Source: an uncultured Verrucomicrobiae bacterium (GTDB taxonomy: Bacteria > Verrucomicrobiota > Verrucomicrobiia > Palsa-1439). From it: 64,000 bases of DNA. Both the position numbers and the translations under genes were made by a program. The notes beneath the pieces are model-generated. The model ran no database searches. It had not been told where the DNA came from and saw nothing but the letters and a program-made list of their open reading frames with translations. The stretch is from positions 2,852 through 66,851 of the forward strand of contig CAWFPN010000010.1 of NCBI GenBank assembly GCA_963817685.1. The letters run 5' to 3'. Of the stretch, positions 54,783-62,045 are shown piece by piece. Each line of letters begins with the position of its first letter. Positions within the stretch are counted from its first letter, which is position 1.

Positions 54783-57251
54783 GTGTCGATGAAGATCAAA
54801 ATGGAAAATCTGCTCGCGCGTTACAACTGTGGGCCGGTCAAACTGTCCGGCGAACCCAATGCGTTATATGAACGGCACGTGGCCTTCGATCAAGTCGTCC
54901 CGGAAACGGAAACCTCCCCCCGCGACAAGTACGAGGCCGTCGCGCGCTCCGTGCGCGATGTGCTCTCGCAACGTTGGCTGAAAACCGAGCAGACCTACCG
55001 GCAGCGCAATGCCAAGCGCGTTTATTACCTCTCGATGGAGTTCCTGCTCGGTCGCACCCTGGCGAACAACATCACCAATCTCCTGCTTGACCCTGGCTGG
55101 CACCAGTTCTGCCAATATGAGCGACTCGACCCCCTGCAGATCATCGAGCAGGAACCGGATGCCGGTCTGGGCAACGGCGGCCTGGGCCGGCTGGCGGCGT
55201 GTTTTCTCGATTCAATGGCGACACTGGCCATTCCCGGCATGGGTTATGGCTTGCGCTACGAGTACGGGATGTTCCGGCAAGACATCCGCAATGGCTGGCA
55301 GGTCGAACAACCCGACCACTGGCTCGCGCGGCCTAGCCCGTGGGAGGTGCCGCGGCCCAACGAAGCCGTTGAGGTAAAGCTCAACTGTTCGTTCGAGATC
55401 CGGGGTGGCGCGCTGCGGGTTGTCGAAGGACGCCCGTCATCCCTTATCGGCATTCCTTACGACCGGCCTGTGGTCGGATACGGCGGCCGGACAATCAACA
55501 CGCTACGTCTGTGGGCTGCCAAGACGCCGAACTCATTCGACTTCGCCCGATTCAGCAGCAGCGATTTCGTCGGCGCACTGGCCGAAACCCTCACCGCCGA
55601 GACGCTCACGCGTGTTTTGTATCCCGACGACCATACAGTGGAGGGCAAAGGTCTGCGATTCCTTCAAGAATACTTTCTTGTCGCGTGCTCGCTGGCCGAT
55701 CTCGTCCGACGTTTCCGCGCCGCCGGCAACGATTGGCCGGCGCTGGCCGACAAGGTGGCCATTCAACTCAACGACACGCATCCGGCGATCGCCGTGCCGG
55801 AATTGATGCGGCTGTTGCTGGACGAGGCAAAGCTAAGTTGGGACGACGCGTGGAATCTCACGCAACGCACGCTGGCATACACCAACCACACGCTGCTGCC
55901 GGAAGCACTGGAGAAATGGCCGGTGCAGTGGTTCACGGATCTCCTGCCGCGCCATCTCGAAATCATTTACGAAATCAATCGCCGCTTCCTCGAGGACGTC
56001 CGCACTCGCTATCCCAGCGATGCCGGGCGGATCGAGCGCGTCAGCCTCATCGAAGAAGGCGTGGCCCACCAAGTCCGCATGGCGCCCCTGGCCATTGTTG
56101 GCTCGCACAGCACCAACGGCGTTGCCGCGCTGCATTCGGAGTTGCTCAAGCAGCGAGTCGTGCCGGATTTTGCGGCCCTGTTCCCCGAACGCTTCAACAA
56201 CAAAACCAACGGCGTCACGCCGCGCCGCTGGCTGCTGCTGGCCAACCTGTCGCTGGCAGCGGTCATCACCGAGGCCATCGGCGACGGCTGGATCACCGAT
56301 CTGATGCAGTTGGAGAAGCTGAAACCGCTCGCCGATGACGCGTCGTTTCGTGCCGCGGTCCGCAAGGCGAAACGCCAGGCGAAGACGCGGTTCATCGGGT
56401 GGCTGGGAATGCCAGGGATCGATCCCGACACGATTTTTGACACCCAGATCAAACGCATCCACGAATACAAACGGCAACTGTTGAACGCGTTGCACATTGT
56501 CGTGCTCTATAACCGTCTGCGCGACAACCCGCAGCTCGATGTGCCGCCGCGCGCCTTCTTCTTCGGCGGCAAGGCCGCGCCCGCGTATTCCTTCGCCAAG
56601 CTCGTCATCAAGTTCATCAACAACCTGGCTGGCACGCTCGACGGTGATCCGATCACCCAAGGCCGGTTGAAGGTCGTCTTCGTGCCGGACTACCGTGTGT
56701 CCATCGCGGAATATCTGATCCCGGCCAGCGACGTGTCCGAGCAAATCTCGACGGCCGGCTACGAAGCCAGCGGCACGAGCAACATGAAATTCATGATGAA
56801 CGGTGCGCTGACCATTGGCACACGCGACGGCGCGACCATCGAGATGGCGAAAGCGGCCGGTGAGGAAAACTTCTTCCTCTTTGGTCTGACCGCAGAAGAG
56901 GTCGAGGGCAGCCGCGCTTGGTATGATCCGCGCTGGCACTACGACCACGAACCCGAAACGCGCGCCGCCCTCGATTTGATTGCCGGCAATCATTTCAGCC
57001 GAAACGAACCCGGCGTTTTCGCGCCCATCCTCGATGCGCTGCTGAAGCACGGCGATTACTACCGGCATTTGGCCGACCTCACCAGTTATGCCGAAGCGCA
57101 GCAACGCCTAGGCGAGTTGTACGCCGACCAACAGGCGTGGACGCGCAAAGCCATCCTTAACATCGCCGCGTCCGGCAAGTTTTCCAGTGACCGCACCATT
57201 GCCGAATACGCAAAAGAGATTTGGGATGCCAAACCATGCATAGTCGAATAA
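54783..57251 (+). CDS. glgP: Glycogen/alpha-glucan phosphorylase
   Basis: 822 aa. YLSMEFLLGR, GLGNGGLGRLAACFLDS, and the PLP-Lys region EASGTSNMKFMMNGALTIGTRDGATIEM. The start may be the ATG at 54789. Confidence 0.9.
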   Translation: MSMKIKMENLLARYNCGPVKLSGEPNALYERHVAFDQVVPETETSPRDKYEAVARSVRDVLSQRWLKTEQTYRQRNAKRVYYLSMEFLLGRTLANNITNLLLDPGWHQFCQYERLDPLQIIEQEPDAGLGNGGLGRLAACFLDSMATLAIPGMGYGLRYEYGMFRQDIRNGWQVEQPDHWLARPSPWEVPRPNEAVEVKLNCSFEIRGGALRVVEGRPSSLIGIPYDRPVVGYGGRTINTLRLWAAKTPNSFDFARFSSSDFVGALAETLTAETLTRVLYPDDHTVEGKGLRFLQEYFLVACSLADLVRRFRAAGNDWPALADKVAIQLNDTHPAIAVPELMRLLLDEAKLSWDDAWNLTQRTLAYTNHTLLPEALEKWPVQWFTDLLPRHLEIIYEINRRFLEDVRTRYPSDAGRIERVSLIEEGVAHQVRMAPLAIVGSHSTNGVAALHSELLKQRVVPDFAALFPERFNNKTNGVTPRRWLLLANLSLAAVITEAIGDGWITDLMQLEKLKPLADDASFRAAVRKAKRQAKTRFIGWLGMPGIDPDTIFDTQIKRIHEYKRQLLNALHIVVLYNRLRDNPQLDVPPRAFFFGGKAAPAYSFAKLVIKFINNLAGTLDGDPITQGRLKVVFVPDYRVSIAEYLIPASDVSEQISTAGYEASGTSNMKFMMNGALTIGTRDGATIEMAKAAGEENFFLFGLTAEEVEGSRAWYDPRWHYDHEPETRAALDLIAGNHFSRNEPGVFAPILDALLKHGDYYRHLADLTSYAEAQQRLGELYADQQAWTRKAILNIAASGKFSSDRTIAEYAKEIWDAKPCIVE

Positions 57252-57326
57252 CAACGCCCCGAATGGTGATGTTCGTTCTGCTGCTTGTGCTGTCCGGCTA
57301 CGCCTCGTCCTGCCAATGGACCGACC

Positions 57327-59283
57327 ATGATCGCTGAAGGCCAGCCAATACCGCCAGGAGTGACGTGGGAGGACGACGGGTGGAACTTCGCCCTGTACTC
57401 CCGGCACGCGACCGGCGTGACGTTGCTGTTGTACGACGGGAAGAATTTCGTGAAGCCGCTGGCCGAACTCACGCTCGATCCGCTTCAGAACAAGACGGGA
57501 CGGATCTGGCATTGCTTCGTCCCTCGCGTGGCAGGCGTGCGATACTACGCCTACCGGGTCGAAGGCCCGAGCGGCGCACTGCAGCAGTTCGACGCGCAGA
57601 AGGTGTTGCTCGATCCCTTCGCCGAGCAGGTATTCTTTCCGCCGGAGTTTTCGCGTGCCGCCGCGATGCGGGCGGGCGCGAACGATGGACACGCACCGCT
57701 CGGTGTGTTGCCGGTGAAGAAGCCGGCCACTGGGAAGTTCACGCGGATCCGGCATCCGTGGCACGAGATTGTCATTTATGAGTTGCACGTCAAGGGTTTC
57801 ACGGCCCGCGCGAACTCCGGAGTGACGAAGGAAAAACGCGGGACGTTCCTGGGCTTGATCGAGAAGATTCCGTATCTGAAGGAACTCGGCGTGACGGTGG
57901 TGGAATTGTTGCCGGTGCATCAGTTCGATCCGCAGGAGGGCAATTACTGGGGCTACATGACGTTGAACTTTTTCGCGCCGCATCAAGGCTACGGCGTGCA
58001 CGACGCGGCGGCGGAGTTTCGCGAGATGGTGCGCGCGTTTCACGCGGCGGGAATCGAGGTGTGGCTCGACGTAGTGTACAACCATACGTGCGAAGGCGAC
58101 CGGACCGGCCCGACGTATTCGTGGCGCGGGATTGACAACAGCAGTTACTACCTGCATCGGCCGGATGGACAATACTGCAACGACAGCGGTTGCGGGAACA
58201 CGCTGCGGTGCGGCCGCGACGCCGCGCGCATGCTGATTCTGGAGAGCCTGCGGCATTGGGCGAATCTCGGCGTGGACGGGTTTCGTTTTGATTTGGCCTC
58301 GGCAATGGCGCGCGATGCGCACGGCCAAGTGCAGACGGAAGATGCCGCGCTGATCAGCGAAATTACCGCGCTGGCGATCTCGCGCAGATCTCCGAGTAGT
58401 GGCCGAGGCGTGGGACATCGGGGTGAATTTGCTGGGTAAAAGATTTCCGGGCTGGCTGTGGGGACAGTGGAACGGCCGGTATCGCGATGATGTGCGCGCG
58501 TTTGTCCGTGGCGATGCCGGCAAGGTCGGCGCGTTGATGCAGCGGTTGTACGGCAGCGATGACTTGTTTCCCGACGGCCCGGGGGATGTGTACCGGCCGT
58601 ATCAGAGCGTCAACTTCATCACCGCGCACGATGGTTTTTGTCTTTACGATCTGGTCGCCTACAACCACAAACACAACGCGGCGAACGGGCACAACAACAC
58701 GGATGGCACAGACCACAATGTGAGTTGGAACTGCGGTTGGGAAGGTGATGGGAGCGCGCCGGCGGAGGTGCTCGCGTTGCGCCGGCGACAGGTGAAGAAC
58801 TTTTTCTGTCTGCTGATGTTATCAAACGGCACGCCGATGTTCTGCGCGGGCGACGAGTTTCTGAACACCCAAGGCGGCAACAATAACCCGTACAATCAAG
58901 ACAACGAGACGACGTGGCTCGATTGGTCGAAGCTGGAGAAGAACCGGGACATCTTTCAGTTTTTTCAGCGGATGATCGCGTTTCGCAAAACCCACCCGGC
59001 GATCGCGCGCGGTCGCTATTGGCGGGAGGCGGTGCGGTGGTACGGCGCGACTGGCCCGGTGGATTTTGATTCGCGCTGTCTGGCGTATTGTTTGCACGGC
59101 GCGAGCGACCTGTACGTCATGATCAACGCCTTCTGGGAGCCGGTGCGATTCCAAATTCAGCAGTCCGGCGCCTGGAACTGTGTCGTGGACACCAGCCGCC
59201 AGGATTTGGCAACGCAGGCTGTCGACGGGCTGAACTACGAGGTCGCGCCACGGTCCGTCGTCGTGCTGGAGCGCGCATGCTGA
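57327..59283 (+). pseudogene. glgX: Glycogen debranching enzyme (GH13 GlgX-type), with one +1 frame change near 58386
   Basis: YELHVKGFT, GIEVWLDVVYNHT, GVDGFRFDLAS, then ...ALAISR|a|DLRVVAEAWDIG continues in the +1 frame (listed ORF 58399..59283) with NFITAHDGF. The span is 1957 nt (3n+1). Confidence 0.85.
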
Positions 59284-59660
59284 GTACCACGAAAATCTAC
59301 GACCGGGAGTCCGGGGGCGCGGAGCATTGTCAAATGGGATATCCCACTCTGTGGCACGCCGATCTGTTCGACTGGTTATCGGAGAGATTTGAGAGTCGCG
59401 AAGTTTCATTTTGCGGTAGTTTCGGGAAGACTATCCCAGCGTGAAGTCGAGTTAGCTGCCAGTAAAATTGCAGGAAACGAGCAGTGGCGGGGTGTAGCTG
59501 GTGGGCGCACGGTATTTGTCGCAAAGCTAACAATTCGCAAGCCTACGCCGACAACGGCTTGAGCCACTCCGGCACAGGCTGATTCAGGTTCACTTGCTGG
59601 CCGTTGTCGAAAACAGCAACTTGACAAAACGGCGTTCGCAGATCGTCGTTGTCGTATACT

Positions 59661-60512
59661 TCAGTGTTCTGGCAACAAGCTGAGCAGGTTGGTTTTCACA
59701 TAGTCCCCGGCTTGCTGCGCATCATAAACCATTCCCGCACGGAGCAATGGGTTCGTGTCCGAACAAAATCCGCGGTCGGCCAGATGCGCGTCCAGAATCG
59801 CCACAAACTCCGTCCGTCCGGCAACACTGCGTTCCAATCGAAGATAATGTTGAAACGACTCGATTATCTTAGCGGGAACAACAGGTGGTTGCGCATGGTT
59901 CAGCGCCCAAAACAGGTCAAACAAATCTCGTCCGCGTCGCCGCTGAAACAGCGCCCGTAGTTTTGTTCCCAACATTTCGTGGATGTCGTAGCCCTTGATC
60001 TGCGTCCGCACCGGCGAATCTCGAAATGGAAATTCAAACGGGATTGTGACCACCGGAAGATGTGGTGTGCGCTCGGTCACATTGACCTCAACCACAACTT
60101 CCAGGTCCGCCCCCGGTTCCATGAGTGAATGAACAGCAAAAGTCATCCGCAGCACCCGCGAAGGTTTCACGGTGTTGCGGATGGCCAATTTGAGTTCGCC
60201 CCACACCGACTGTGTCGGGGCGCCCAGCACGCCGCTCAAAACGCGATTGAGCGCCTTGCGAATATGACTCTCCGGACGATTGCCGACCACGACAAGGTCA
60301 ATGTCCTCGCTGTAGCGGGACGGTGGCGCGAGATGAACCTTGTGCAGCAACGTGCCGCCGCGCATGGCAATCTGGCCCTGCAAAAACGAATCGTCAAACA
60401 ACGCGACCATCGCACGGCACAACAACAAATCCTGCTCGACTTGAACCTGGCTCGGCCACGGAACGACCGATTGATGGGCGATAACATCCCGGCGCGTGAT
60501 GGGCGTCATCAT
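59661..60512 (-). CDS. Nucleotidyltransferase AbiEii/AbiGii-family toxin
   Basis: GGTLLHKVHLAPPSRYSEDIDLVVV and RGRDLFDLFW motifs. 4-bp overlap with the upstream antitoxin gene. Confidence 0.75.
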   Translation of the reverse strand: MMTPITRRDVIAHQSVVPWPSQVQVEQDLLLCRAMVALFDDSFLQGQIAMRGGTLLHKVHLAPPSRYSEDIDLVVVGNRPESHIRKALNRVLSGVLGAPTQSVWGELKLAIRNTVKPSRVLRMTFAVHSLMEPGADLEVVVEVNVTERTPHLPVVTIPFEFPFRDSPVRTQIKGYDIHEMLGTKLRALFQRRRGRDLFDLFWALNHAQPPVVPAKIIESFQHYLRLERSVAGRTEFVAILDAHLADRGFCSDTNPLLRAGMVYDAQQAGDYVKTNLLSLLPEH

Positions 60513-61354
60513 CGTCCAAACTCCACGGTGTTGTTAATGATTTTCCACCGTTTGATTTCAGGAGCATCACCGCGCAAACCCGGAACGAGCGGCACGAAAA
60601 TCAAACCGGATGGCAGCCAATTCTGAACGACCTGGGCCAACTTGGTTGCCCGCAACTTTTCCAGCACAAAACCCAGGCGCTGGGCCGTGGCTGGCTTGTC
60701 TTCAATTTTCAGCACCCGGTGCAACTCGGCTGGGCGCATGAGCGCCAGCAGTGGGGCGATGGTTTCCGCCGCCCGGCCAATGCCGCCGATGCGCGGTGCG
60801 TAGCGAATCAAATCGTAGCTGGTTGCCACTGGCGTGCTGACCTGCAACGGCGCAAAAGCATTCGCCAATGGCTGTGTGGGTGTCTGCTCCAAGGTGCGCT
60901 TCACAAAGAACTGGACGCGAATACGACCGATTTCAAGGGTGCGGCGTGGAATCTTGGTCATCACCTGTGTCACCTGCAATGCCTGCGGATTTGAACCGAA
61001 TGAACTAGCTGCCGACTGAAGCGCCAGATAATACGGCTGCTCCAACCATTGAAAATAATCGTGCAGCCACCACGTCACCGGCGGAGCACCCACCGCACGA
61101 TGCTCAGGGCTGACAATCAGAAAAAACTGTTGTCGCGGCGAAACTCTCCTCACCCGGTTTCCCAACCGCAACAACTGTTTTCTGGCCGCCGTCACCGACA
61201 ACCCAGTTTCTTTGACCAAATCCGCCAGCGGAAAGGCCACGCGTCCCGAGGTCAGGCGTTGGTCAACGAAGGTGGCAGCCGACCCGTCCATACGGGATTG
61301 GGATTTGGATTGCGTCATTTTTTCGTTTGCAGATCGTACCGTATTTCGGTTCAC
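60509..61354 (-). CDS. AbiEi-family (type IV TA) antitoxin, wHTH protein
   Basis: GRVAFPLADLVKETGLSVTAARKQLLRLGNRVRRVSPRQQFFLIV is a wHTH. Translationally coupled to the AbiEii gene. The start may be the ATG at 61318. Confidence 0.6.
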   Translation of the reverse strand: MNRNTVRSANEKMTQSKSQSRMDGSAATFVDQRLTSGRVAFPLADLVKETGLSVTAARKQLLRLGNRVRRVSPRQQFFLIVSPEHRAVGAPPVTWWLHDYFQWLEQPYYLALQSAASSFGSNPQALQVTQVMTKIPRRTLEIGRIRVQFFVKRTLEQTPTQPLANAFAPLQVSTPVATSYDLIRYAPRIGGIGRAAETIAPLLALMRPAELHRVLKIEDKPATAQRLGFVLEKLRATKLAQVVQNWLPSGLIFVPLVPGLRGDAPEIKRWKIINNTVEFGR

Positions 61355-61611
61355 TGTGCAAACGCATTAAATTCACTCTAAGCTGCCCGGCAAGAGTGAG
61401 ATTTAGGATTTTACCGTGTCTTACGCAATTAACTGTCATCCGTTAAAATTGAATACCCAACTGCTTTATATTCACGCGGCCACAGGGATCTGAGAGGTCA
61501 CAATTAAGGTGTGGGAAATTCATCGTAGGAGGTCAGGCCCGCGAACCCGTGGTTTGGGACGGTGATCATCTTCGCAGGCCAGGCGGAACGCGCGTCGTTG
61601 ATGAAGAGAAC

Positions 61612-61638
61612 GTGTTGCAATGTTTTGTTGCAATGTTG
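61612..61638 (+). promoter_or_regulatory. Two direct copies of the GTTGCAATGTT motif (candidate integrase arm-type sites, right end)
   Basis: gtgttgcaatgttttgttgcaatgtt. Copies are at 61614..61624 and 61627..61637, 126-150 bp inside attR, in the same orientation as 25888..25898. Confidence 0.35.
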
Positions 61639-61763
61639 CGGCCGAATTTGAGTGGCTTCAGGCAAACGGCAGCAAACGTCCAACACGCAGGAAAGCCCGA
61701 TGGCTATTGGGTTTTGTGCACTCCAGCAAAGACGAGTAAATACAGGCTAAAACCGTCCTCAAC

Positions 61764-61803
61764 GATTACAAATCAGCTGCTCTGCCAATTGAGCTACGCT
61801 GGC
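61764..61803. repeat. attR core: displaced 5' 40 nt of tRNA-Thr (no 3' half present)
   Basis: Exact copy of 25795..25834. The left-flanking sequence (aaaaccgtcctcaac) is unrelated to the tRNA. Confidence 0.85.
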
Positions 61804-62045
61804 GACCGTTGATGGCGCGCGTACCGGCCTCTCCAATGTAGGAACTTGCCCCGAACTTGCAACCATATTCTGCGCTCCGGCCCACCCCGCGGCAATCGTC
61901 TTGTACGCATTCCACTGACAGACCCGTCAGCAATTCCCCTACAAGAAAATCCATGATCCACTGACAGACAGGCCCTGGGGGAATTTCGTATATGTACGGT
62001 GGCGCGAGAAAAGTTCTGGAAACCAATACTCAGGAGACAGGTATC

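Larger units (their letters stand above)
25795..61803. mobile_element. ~36 kb integrative mobilisable element (integrase, excisionase-like, MobF relaxase, AbiE TA, metabolic/efflux cargo) inserted in tRNA-Thr
   Basis: An exact 40-bp direct repeat lies at both ends, with the integrase 92 bp inside the left repeat. The GTTGCAATG motif sits just inside both ends. No T4SS genes were seen. Confidence 0.7.

Noticed and set aside
59284-59660. Possible gene fragment downstream of glgX (minus-frame ...VYDNDDLRTPFCQVAVFDNGQQVNLNQPVPEWLKPLSA*)
   Set aside because: It has no start codon, its upstream part overlaps the AbiEii gene in another frame, and no family was recognised. It may be a relic but is not supportable.
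25795-61803. Calling the element a complete ICE
   Set aside because: I found no VirB4/VirD4-type ATPases or other T4SS components anywhere in 25.8-61.8 kb. Only a relaxase is present, so it is at most mobilisable in trans.
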